Assembly (NCBI GenBank): GCA_001643675.2
Contig: LSRY02000049.1
Span: 310,001 to 374,000 of the forward strand
DNA: 64,000 bases
Origin: Monocercomonoides exilis PA203
Lineage: Eukaryota; Protista; Preaxostyla
Reading direction: 5' to 3'
The notes under the pieces are model-generated. The model searched no databases. It saw only the letters and a program-made list of their open reading frames with translations, and was not told the DNA's origin. The translations under genes and the position numbers were made by a program. Positions 49,665 through 61,900 of the stretch are shown in pieces. Within the stretch, counting starts at the first letter, position 1; the number at the start of each line of letters is the position of its first letter.

Positions 49665-50073
49665 TTCTGATCAAATTACCTTTACTATTTTTTCATAAAG
49701 CTTTGAACTTTCTTTTGTAAAAACTTTATCAAAAAATTCAAAAAAATTTTTAAAAATCAATATGCATAATGATTATTTTGCAAATGATAAATGAAATGCT
49801 CGTCCTTGTCAAATGTAACAACAAAACTTGTAAAAGATCTGAAATTCATCATCCACAAACACAGAAGCAACCTTTTTCAAGTTGTCAAACGTTCAAATTT
49901 TCTTCTTTTAATAATGTCTGACAAACGATGCATAGTTATGAGTTGAAGGAAATTTATCTCTTTTTCGTCAAACATGTTCTAATTGCATCATTTCTTATAA
50001 AAAATTTGTCAAATACAAATTGCCTTATCTTCAGTAATCAGCTAATTCAAACAATTTTCATAACTGAGAATTT

Positions 50074-50544
50074 TCATGTTTCTCTTTTTTTCGACTTTAA
50101 TGTACAATTTGTATGTGGACCTTCCTTCCATTCACCATAAACATTCATATAAACATGACGTTTGTTTTGTCCAAGTAATGACATCCTAATTCCGCACACA
50201 ACTGCTTTTTGCAAAGGCTCATCATTTTTTTCGAATATCCAATCTGTTGTTAACTCATTTTTTTTTTGTTCTTCAAAATCACCATCACGACAAATATCAT
50301 TGTCATAAATATTATCACTGTGGCTTCTTCTCAAGCGTTTAAAAGAAACATCAAATTCATTTTCCTCATCCATTTGCTCTTTCTTACGCTTAGCTTTTGG
50401 AGGAATTGAATCACTTATTGATTTAAAAGTTTCACTGCTTGATTGATTAATAATATCTTCTATTTCCTTAGAAAATGCCTCTAATGATGCAATTGTACAT
50501 TTTGTTTCACGTGCCTTTCTTTTTACAACATACCCTTTATTCAT
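50074..50544 (-). CDS. Hypothetical protein; 3' end uncertain, possibly a further exon towards ~49880
   Basis: 156-aa ATG-initiated ORF in AT-rich DNA, head-to-head with UGGT, with the basic NLS-like motif PPKAKRKK. No family recognised. Confidence 0.4.
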   Translation of the reverse strand: MNKGYVVKRKARETKCTIASLEAFSKEIEDIINQSSSETFKSISDSIPPKAKRKKEQMDEENEFDVSFKRLRRSHSDNIYDNDICRDGDFEEQKKNELTTDWIFEKNDEPLQKAVVCGIRMSLLGQNKRHVYMNVYGEWKEGPHTNCTLKSKKRET

Positions 50545-50781
50545 TGAAAGCGCTGAACGGATTGCTTAGAGGAATATAAGATTATTTAACAAATTGATGA
50601 TATAACGTGTTTAACTGAAATAATAAAAGACGAATGGATCTTAAAGAAAAAACCATTTAAAATTATAACACAACTATATTGATAATAATCCGAAATTGTT
50701 CGTCAATCGTTAACGTTTCAATTTTTGTGATATTTCTTGATTTCAGAAATTTAAATATGGTTAGACCCATCATTTATTTGA

Positions 50782-53700
50782 ATGAAAATTTTCATTTTAT
50801 TATTTTTTGCGTTTATCAGTGAAAATTTCGCAAAACTTACTGATCAGTCTATTATCGTAAGCACAGAAGCACCATTTGGATTTATCCCACTTATTGCAGA
50901 GACATCAGAAGTTCTTGCCCAGCTGGATGAATCATTCTTCTGGACATATTTTGATGAATGTTTTTCAAATAAATATTATAACAAGACAGAAAAGGAGATT
51001 TTTGATGAATCATTAATTTTGACGAAGAAAATTACCAATTCTGAGATGCTTTCTACTCAAGTCAAATCAACACTTTTGATTCACACTCTTGCTCCACTTG
51101 TTGAGTCTCACTACTCGTTATCAGAAGGAATATGGAAGAAATTTTCAAACTCAAAAACAACAGCTCAAGAGAAAAACCCTCCAGTTTTTGCTGTTTTGTT
51201 TCCTCCTCGTTCAATAACAAAAAAATCAGAGCAAAGTCATTCTTTAGAAAGCAACTCAAATCGTCCTGATCCAGACAATTACTTATTTAATCAAAATATG
51301 ATCTTAGTTTCTTCACTCGATGAATTAAAGAAGCAATTAGGCCATATTATCTTGAATAAAAAGAATATCCCAGAGTTCTATTTAAGCACCGATATTCCTC
51401 TTCATCGCATGCCGACAGTTCTTGATGTTGATCACATACATCCATTGCAGTCTAGACCGCTGCAAACGCTGCCATTACTGCATTTGTATGGGTCAATGGA
51501 AATACCCGAAACATTGAAATGGGTCCAAGAGATAGAAAAAGCTCTTGTTGCTTCAAGCATTCCAATTACCATTAATGGAAAGACCCAAAACGAACCCACA
51601 TTTGCGTTCATTTTTCGTCACTCCAGATTATGGCCTGAATTTCAATCAAAAGATCTGAATAACAGCACCTCAAATCATCTTACAAAAGCATCAAATCGTT
51701 TAATGACTCCACAAGGTTATGGAATCGAGCTGGCTATTAGGGACTCAGAGTACACATTTGCGGATATAATTGGCGAGCAAAGCAAGAAAAAGACTGACGA
51801 TGAAAACAGAACTGGAGAGGGGCATGCTGAAGATTATGATGATGAGCTGCCTGAGGATTACTCTATTCGCGACGAGACTGGCCCACTAATTCCCCTTTGC
51901 GGTGTTGATGTCAACAGAATTGCAGTCATTCGGCCATATCTCGGAAAGGCTTCGTCTGCAAAGTCTGTTGAACAAAAACTCAATCCAGATGACCAATCGT
52001 CTCCGAAAAAAGCAACAGATAAAGCACAACAAGAAGGTTCAGATGAAGTTACATCTGGAGCATCGAATGATAATGATGCAGCAGAGGACGACACACTCTC
52101 CGGAGGAGAGCCTACAATTGATTCTGCAGATGCGGAGACGATTCCCCTCTGCACTCCGTCTTATGTGGAAGCAGACAGCCCACTCGACCGCCTTCGCCGA
52201 GCACTTCTGCACGACACGCTGTCTCGAAAAGTTCCTCTTGCGCTTGCAAAAGACATCGGCACAAAGGCCTCACAGTTCATCATCAAGCAGACCGATCCGC
52301 TGCACTCGCTTCTCGACCTCACTGAGAACTTTCCTCTTTATGCGCCTTCCATCGCCAACCAGAAGCTGGACATCTGGTTTCGCAAGACGCTGAACGATGC
52401 TTACAACAAGTTTGACGGCAACGATGCATCGATCTTGATCAACGGAAGAACTGTTTCCGGAGCTCTTTCGTTGTGGCAGCTGAACTCCATCGTATCAGAC
52501 GAGCTGAGACACAGCGTCTCACTCAACCAATTTGGGTTGTGGGGGCGTGGCGTGCGGAGTGTTAGCGAGGCTGGGATCTTTCCTCATCTCCGCCACGCAG
52601 TGCGGAAGTACGATCACTTCAGAGAGAGCGACGGATCGTTCAATTTGGAGACAGTGCGTGTTGCTGTCCGGCCTCCAGACGAGGTGTTCTATATGAACAA
52701 TGTTTTGACAGACAAGCGGTTTAGTAAATGGCCCTCAGAAATGTCTGTTCTGGAAGAATTCAACCCGAAGGATGGGCTGCCTGCCTGGAGGCGTAACTTC
52801 ATTGTGGTGACTGCTTTCCTCGATCTGGCTGCACCTGAGTCGATGGAAACAATCAGCGAGATGCTGCAGATCTACGAGCAAAATACCCCCATCCGCTTTG
52901 CTATCGTTCCAATCGTTCCTCTTTCTGCGCCATCTTCAGGAAATAATTCCGCAGCTGGCACTCATGGTGCTTCTTTGAACGAGTCGCACGTCCGCAGCTC
53001 TTTGCAGTTGGCGAGGTGGTGGGTGGCACAGGTTCTGAACAAAGGAACATACAACGCAGCGAGAATTGTGCGCTTTATGGAAAAAAAGAAGCAAAAACTG
53101 ACAGTTCAGACTGTCAAGTCTCACATTGTGCTTTCCGACTCTTCCGCAAAGAGCGGAAAAGAGGTGGGCAAAGCAAACGCTTGGATGAGCGCGACTTTCT
53201 GGCGCCACACCATCGAAGGCAAAAACAGCACGATCGAGTCGTATTTGGCTGCCATCCGCTCGACGCTGTCTTTCACACAGCTGCCTGTTCCCTGCTGCAC
53301 ATTCAACGGAATCATATGCCCACCAGACGGCGTGACTGAATCCATCCGCTCTCTGATGGACTCTGAAGTGAGATTCCTGAAGCTGCTTTTAACCAACAAC
53401 GAGCTGAACATGCCAAAAGTGCAGAAGAAGAAGCTTGCTGTGGAGGATGCGCATTACGGGGTGCCAGGGTTTGACAGAGACAATCTGATTGTTGAAGCGC
53501 TGTGGAACACAACCAGAAGATCGCGCTGGATTGAACGTCTGAGAGAAATTGGAATTGTCACAGATGTCAGAGCAATCGGAATGAAGGACTTGGAGAGAGA
53601 GAAGGAGAGAGAGAAGGAACAGATTGAACTGGCTGCATTTTTGGGAGATGGATTGAATGTTGACGAAGCAAAGCTGAGAGAGCGTCAGAAAAAGAGCAAA

Positions 53701-56700
53701 AAGCAGACGAAAGAAGACGGATCTGACACTTCTAGCGATTCAAATTCATCGTCTTCAGGCAAAAAATCGAAATCTTCCAAAGAAAATGGAACACAAACTG
53801 GTCTTTTTGATCAGTCGCGGTTCAACCAAGCATGGGTTGCTGCGCAGATAGCGTATGAGAAAGACCGCCCAGTGAAGAGAGTGGTGGAGTCCAGCAGGAT
53901 TTGGAGTGACCGATGGAGCAGACTGAAGATGCTGTATGAATATCCATGTGTCACCGAGTCTGTGTTCACGCCTCAGATATTCACTGCACACTTGCCTGGA
54001 TGGAACAGCTTGGATGAAATGCAACTGGAGAATTCAGGCAATGCGAGAGAAGAAGATGAAAATAAGATTGAAGAGAAAAACGGTGAAGAGGATGGCACTG
54101 AAGAAGAAGAAGAAGAAAAGAGCGAAGAAGAAATCAAAGATAAAGAAGTTAAAGAGTTTCGAAGAAATGATGCATCAACTACAAAGACGGATAAACAAAA
54201 GCCTTCTGCCAATTCACAAAAGTATCCAGTCTTTTCTGGAAGGATACCAGATGACCAAGATCGTCTTGTAACGTCTTCAAATACCGTTGACTTTTATCCT
54301 GCAACAAGCAACATTCCCTCAGCGAAAGCTCATTTTGCATCTCCTGCTGTTCTGCTTAACATCGCACACAGCAACACTTTCATTACACCAGCATCAAAAC
54401 TAACTCCAATGAAGGAGAAGGAAGTCGACGATGCTGCGAAAATATCATTTGCAGAATATGAAGCTGCGCAAAAAGCAGAGAGCGAAAAGAGATTGGAAAG
54501 AAACAGAGCGTTTTTGAGCGGAAAGAAAGGAAAAGATGTGGAAGAGCCGGCACAGACGATAGAAAAGGCTCTTTTGTACCGTTCAGTTCCCTTGTCACAT
54601 GTTGCTGTGATAGATCCATCGCAGCTGTCTCATCTGCTGACTGCTTCGTCCATCACAAATGGAATGACTGCTGGCATCTCACAAACTGCTTTTCTGTTTT
54701 ACACACCCACCGTTCTGAACAATGACGAGGTTGAAACACAAAAAGAGGATTCAAATAAAGAAAAGATGATTTTGAAGCCATTGTCGTTTGAGTCAGTCTA
54801 TCTGGAGACAATTGACTGTGTCCATCCAAAGACAGCAGTGACATACACGTCATTGCTGCTTGACTTGTTTATTCAGGCTGCACAAATCAATTCTGAATCA
54901 GGTTTGAGAGAATTCTTTTTGATTGAACAATAAGTAAACCCTTTCCTTTTCATTTTGCCATTAATCATTCTATTTTTATTCCATTTTTTATTGAAAAATG
55001 TTATCACAATGAAAGTGTCCTTGGAGCAGCTGGTGAGTTCTGTTCAGTCATGGGCTACTGTCAACTGCAGGCACTATCCAGATCATATACCAACTAGAAC
55101 TCTAACTAGCAGCTCAGAATCAATCGATTCATTGCCTCAATGGAATGACACTCTCTTAAGCATTATCAAACATCTTGGCAGTGAAAAGAGAGTTTCTGAG
55201 TACGTAAAACAAAAACTTGTTGAACATGCGAAGATTGTCAGAGACTTGTCATTGAACAGACCTCTCAAAACGATTCTTCCATCCACTTTCTCTGCATTTG
55301 ATCCAATCAGAAACTTGAGCCTTTCCAGCACGTTTGATGCACTTCCTGTCCCGTTCTTAATAACCAACGGATTGATTCGCCCCATTTTGTCTTCTGTTGC
55401 TGCATCTGCCCAGTTGACAATTCAGAGCAGCTTACAGACAACAGAACAGCACCGAGTTATTCTACCTAAGGAAGAGAAGAAGACTACTACGACTTCTTCT
55501 TCGCGTGCTTCTGCTCCAACAAATCTGCCTTCATCTGTTCTGGATCGAGCAATTCCTCTTAAAGATTCTTTGCTTACTGTGTCTCAGTTCAAAGAGATTG
55601 AAGGATGGGAGCTTCTTCAACGCTGGGTCCCTCTTTGGCGCGCTTTGCACAGTGCGAAAGACGAGGAAATGGCTCAACCTGCATTTTTGATGCAAATGAA
55701 ACAGATTTTCAACAAACAATCATCAGTTGTTGGAAAAGATGGAGATTCTGAACAAGCTTTGCTTCCTATCAAAGCTGATGCTGATCTTGTTGAGCAACGC
55801 ATGCTCGACAGATTGCACAGTTCTTCTTGTGCACTTTCATTGCTCAGCTGTGCTCAAAGCATCCATTCGTATCGATATCCTCGTGCTTCTGACAAAGACA
55901 AGCTGAAATATGCAGATGTCTGCAGATTTGACAACGCATTTGACATTACCGAAGGAATGGAAGAGACAGCGAAAGTGAAAGAGGAGTACAGAAAAATGAA
56001 AGTTGAGCAGAGAAAAGGTTATGCTCTTCGGAAATGGAAAGCAGAATTTGCTAAACAGAATAATAAGCAACCATCTGACGATGAAATCAAGCAATGGGAA
56101 GCGAAATATCAAGAGCTTCATCCAACCGAATCTCATTTGAAGAAATCACATTCATATTCCTCTCCGTTTACATCTCACAATGACGAGCAGTTCTTATCAA
56201 TGACTGTATGTCTTAATCCTCTCTCCGATCGCCAGCGTCCAATTGTTCCCTTCGTTCTCTTTGTTCGTGAACAATACAGCAAATGGCTGCTTGGCAGAAT
56301 GGTGCTGACTCCTGTTTTGATATGCTCTGCACTTCCTATGCGCTCATTCTACCGCTTTTCGATTATGGACAAGCCTCTCTTCTCAAAGGAAACTGGGCAG
56401 ATGATTTCTGGGCAAAAGCTTGTTTTCCCACAAATGGCTGAATCGTTTGTCTTCACACTCAACCATCAGGCGCCTGCAGGGTGGATGGTCGCACCGAAGA
56501 TCGCTGTCGATGATTTGGACAACATCAAGTTTGATCCGCTCGGAAACGAACGCACCAGAAATGTTACTGCGGTGTATCAGATTGAAAAGTTTCTTATCCA
56601 GGGGCACGTTCATTCTGTGCTTGAGCATCCATCAACTGAAATGCCGCTGTCTTTGCATTCAATCAAGACCTCGTCATGTTACATCACACAGCAAACATCG

Positions 56701-58417
56701 ACAATCTCGACAGCACCTTCGATGGTGTCTTCTCTGTCATCTCATACCATCCAGTCATCAACTGTTGTTCTTCAGCAACGAGGCTACTTCCAACTGCCTG
56801 CACCTTCACCAGGAATACACTTGCTGTCTGTGAATCCGTATCTCGTGAAGCACATTTCCTTTGCAGCAGCAGAGTCTCAGAGAGTGACAGTGCTAACATC
56901 AGAGAATTCTCTCAATGAAGCATCGTCGACCGCAGAAAGAGGGTGCTGTGTGGTGGCAGACGGTGCAAAGGATGTTTATGTACATGTGAGCGGATGGGGA
57001 GGCGTGCGGCTGATGTCGAAAGTGAACGAGTTTGGAAAGGATGAGAATCTGTTTGCGCTGACAATCGAAGAGATGGAAAAAGAAAAAGCACTCGAAGCAA
57101 AGAAGCAGGAGCCGAAAGAAAATGCGAAAAAGGAGAAAGTTCCAGCAGGGAAAGGAAAGAAAGATTCAATTTCACAGCACATGAAGAAACGCGGAGCAAA
57201 GAAGCAGATGACTTCTTCTGAGTTGGCCGCTGCATCGTCAGACATGATTCATATCTTCACTATTTGTTCTGGCCATCTTTATGAGCGTCTGGCTAAAATT
57301 ATGATGATCTCTGTGCTGAACAACACGCAACACAAAGTGAAATTCTGGTTTTTGGGCAGCGTAACGTCACCGATGTTCAGAGAAACCCTGCCAAAGATGG
57401 CAAATTCACTGGGATTTGAGTATGAGCTGATGGATTATGGCTGGCCGCACGAAGTGGCAACACAGCCATTTACGAAGATGCGGACGGTGTGGGCGATGAA
57501 GATCCTGTTTCTGGATGTGCTGTTCCCTCTTGATTTGGACAGGGTCATTTTTGTGGATGCAGACAACGTGTGCAAAACAGACATGATTCAGTTGATGAGG
57601 ATGAATCTGAAAGGAGCGCCGTATGCCTTCACGCCATTCTGCAACAACAGAGAGGAAATGAAGCCATATCGGTTTTGGGAGGTTTGATTGTTTATCTCTT
57701 TTTCTTATTGTTCAATTATTTGCTCATATTGTTTTATCATTCTTTTTTTTAATGCTTTCTAATTATTTTACAATTATCTATTATTTGAACAGACTGGCTA
57801 CTGGGCAAACGAGCTGAAAGGCAAGCCATACCACATTTCAGCTTTGTTTGTGGTTGATCTCAAGAAGTTTCGAATGATGGGAGCAGACAACATTCTGCGA
57901 GATACCTACGAGGCACACGCCCGCGACAAGAACTCGCTTTCCAACTTGGATCAGGATCTGCCTAATCTTGTCCAGGATAAAGTGCCTATCTACTCACTCC
58001 CCCAGGATTGGCTATGGTGCGGGTCTTGGTGTTCAGATGAGACACAGAAGCGTGCAAAAACAATTGATTTGTGCAATAATCCACACACTCACGAACACAA
58101 GCTGGCATTTGCAAAGAGAGCTATTCCTGTATGCTTTTATTGATTTATAACTTATTATTTCACGAAATGAAAAAATTGTGTTTTTTGAATGATTTCAATT
58201 CTTTTCAATTCAATTTTTTTAGGAATGGAGCATGTATCATCAAAAAGTCTTGAACTTGGAAGAAAAACTTCGAAGTCTGCCACAAAATATGACTTTCCCA
58301 GCAAACGTTACAAACACCAACGGAACAGAAGTAACTGCACAAACACAACCAGCAGCTGCTCCAAAGACACCTCGAACTAAGGAATCTGCAGAAACTGAAG
58401 AGAAGATTGATCTTTAA
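50782..58417 (+). CDS. UGGT: UDP-glucose:glycoprotein glucosyltransferase (~2,440 aa, 4 exons)
   Basis: Signal peptide, [17 protein letters not shown]-like TENFP, GYFQL, GT24 domain [81 protein letters not shown]; ends in KIDL*. Confidence 0.95.
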
Positions 58418-58901
58418 GATGATTTTTTTTAAAAATTAGTTTCTTCTTTCAAAATAGTCTTTTTATCTACTGTTTTTTATGTCTTCTATATCACTTCACA
58501 AAATGCGTGTTATTTTTCAGCAAAAATATTCAATCCAGAAAATAATCATTAACATTTGTTATTTATAAAGCCTTTCAACGAAATTGAAAAGTGAAAAATA
58601 TTTTCATAAGATTATGAAAATTAACATAAGCACTTGAAAATAAATCCTCTCCATTTATCATCTTGAATAAATAGATAAAATAATAAGGGGAAATCAAAAA
58701 CGGATCAATTTATTCTTTATAATCACAAACAAACGATCTGTAAAAGGCAAAACTGAACAAATCCCAAATAACTAACACCAAATGAAGAGCATAGCAACAA
58801 AATGAATAGTACAGTTACATCATAAAAAAAAAACACAAATAAAAAATTACAAAGAAAGAACAGAACAATAACACTCACGATATTAGCTTAAAATAATCAC
58901 T

Positions 58902-61900
58902 TCAACTGTTTCCCTTTTCCCTCCACAGGCACTTCCAAATGAGATGCTTATTGCCTTCGATCGCATCACTCACACTCACAAGCCCCGAATACACACCATA
59001 TACCTCACAGATCCTGCCCTTCACTTTCTTCTCCTTCGCCAGCCGTCTTATCTGCCTCACCCAATGCGGCGATTCACACAGCGCTTTGTCGCACGGACTC
59101 AGCATCACTGGCGGATTCAGCCTCAAACGCGTCTTCTCCACTTCCACCACAAACATCGTCACACACAAAAGCAGGCCACCCCACCGCACGCACAAGACAG
59201 AGTTACCAAAGCTCAGCATTTCTCGTGCAAAGGATACAGCAGCAGCAACGCTGTGCCTTCTGAATGGAAGCGGAAGAAGCAGAGGAAGAGGAGGTGGTGG
59301 CTTCGGCGTGTGGGAAGCAGGGAGTGAAGAGATTTTGGCAGAGGTGGAAGGGAAAAGGGGCGTGGCGGAGGAAGAATTTGTGGAAGAATTGGAGTACGGT
59401 GTGGATGGACGAGAACAAGGGGAAGACAAAGGAGTGGTTGAATGAGGCTGGTCCTGTGCAGAGACAGAGGAAGAGCGGGCAGTGAAGGAAGGGAAGATGA
59501 CTGTGGGAGAGGCAGAGCGCTTGCCGAGGGTGGAGTATGAGTAAGAGGAAGAGGTGAAAGACGAGCCTGTTGAAGGAGAGGAGGAGAGATGGGTGAATGA
59601 AGAGATTGAGCGTGTGTGGGTGAAGCTGGTGGGAGAGGCAGAGCGAAGGGAGGAGGAGAAGGGCTTGGATGAAAGAGAGCGGGTAGAGATTATGTTGTGA
59701 GGGGAAGAAGAAGAAGAAGAGGAAGATGATAAGGAAGAATAAGGCTGAGGAGACAGAAGTGATGTTGAAATAGAAGGTTGTTGAGGGCAGAGGAGAGGAG
59801 ATGTTGGTCTTCCTATTGAAAGACTGAATTTCTGCTGTTTTGATCCATGGGAAGACAAAAATGAGGAGGAGGAGGAAGAAGAACCAGAAGAAGAAGAAGA
59901 CGATGAAACAGAAGATATTTTTGGAGTAGTAGGAGAAGGATGTGACATGAACGAGAGTGAAGAGTCAGCCAGAAGCGATGTGGTTGCCATTCCTGAAGGT
60001 GAGGAAAGATTAGAGCATGAACTGCCACTGTTATTTCCACTGCCATTGCTATTTGCAATGCCTGCAACTGTGTTTGGGCTGACGGCAGGGCTGGAAAGAG
60101 AGCGTGGATGGGCGACGAAGGAGAAGAGTGTTTGTGAAGGAGACTGGTCAGGTGACTCAGAAGTCGAGTGGAGCTGGTCGAAGGGAAGTGAAGTGGAAGT
60201 GGAGATTGGGATAGGGCGAGCTGAGGAGGAGGAGGAAGAAGAAGTGGCTTCTTTATCATTGTCGGGTGTGGAAGCGAAATAGGAACTTGAAGAAGAAGAA
60301 GAGGAAGAAGGTGTTAAACAGGCAGATGTTGAAGAAGGATAAGTTGCTGCTGATGATGAATTTTGAAGAGATGCACTTTGAGGCAATGAAAAAGATGGAA
60401 CAGAAGAAGAAGAAGAAGCAGAAGAAGCAGAAGAAGAGGAAGAAGAAGATGAAAATGAGTCAACATTCTGAGCTGGAGCAAAGATTGGTGAGGAAGACGG
60501 GAGGTAAGTGGTCGATGTAACCACAGGCAGTGCAATCTGCTTTATCCTCTGTTTGATTCTTCTTTCTCTCTCAGCAGCAGATGGAGAGCCAGCCGATGAG
60601 GACAAAGAAGACAAGAAGGAGGCATACATCGAGGTGACTGGGGAGAAGCGGGGCGACTGCGCGGTGTTGGATGAGCGGTCGACAAACACGAAATGAACAA
60701 GCTCGCGGAACTTCTCGTTTTGGAGATAGGAAATGACAGAGTGAGAATGAACACTGGAATGAGTTATTAGATTAAAATGGAGAGAAAGATAAATGAATGA
60801 ATGAATTAAAAAATTGAAATAAATCGGAAATAAAAATACGAAATAATTAAAATAACTCAACATAATACGACAAATTGTTTAGAATAGTAATGAGCAATCA
60901 ACTTCCCTCACACAGAATAACATACTAAGGATACAGTTTGTTGATCATCTTCTGAAGTGGGTGACTGGAGAGCCTGTCGCACACTTTCTGCAGAGCAGCA
61001 CGCTCCTTCAGCTGGGCAGACGAGATGGTTGGATGATGTGAAGTGCTGGGTGTTGATGGAGAAGCAGAGGAAGAGGCAGGAGAAAGAGAGGAAGAGAGAG
61101 AAGAAGAAGAAAGAGCGGTAAATGGAGGCATGGGTGAAGAGCGATGTGAATTGGTTTGAAGTGGAGAAGAGAGAGAGGAAGAGGAAACTGTTCTGGAGAC
61201 AGACGAAGAAGATTCAGAGGGAGAAGAAAAAGAAGAAGATGACGAATGAAATGCATTGCCAGTTTGATTAGCTGATTGATTCAAGCTCCCCAGATCCAGC
61301 GCCTTCACGGTTGGAGTGATGCTAGCAGGGAGTATTTCTTCTGTGAATGGCTCACTCATCATCCCACCTGCCGATGCTATCAGCCAATTTCTGGGTGTCG
61401 CTTTCGGTTTTGCTTTAGCTTTTGCCTTTGGCTTCTGCTGAGGTGCTTGTGGAGGCTTCATCAGAATGAGCAGAACGACATGGTCGCCTATCAGATACAT
61501 CTCGACGCTGTTTCGGGTGGTGGTCATTCTGTCATTGGAGGAGGAGGAGAAGAAAGAGGAGGAAGAGGAGGAGGAGAAAAAGAAGGATGACACGATAGGA
61601 TAAGGTTAGATTCAAATGTTGTAACAATATTAAAAATCAATAAAATGAAATAAAATAAAATAGAATTACAAAAAAATAAACTGTAAACTCCTCAATAAAC
61701 ATCAATCACACACCTTGTTGAGTTCTTAGTATCATGATGGAAGAAGAACTGTGCAGCCCACTGCTTTCGCGACGCCAGCCATTCAAGGCCATCCATCCTC
61801 TCGGCTTCATTTGAAGAAGAAGAAGAAGAGGAAGAGGAAGAAGATGATGAAGATATTAAAGATGCAGAACCCAACCCTGAAGCAGAAGTCGAAGACGTTC

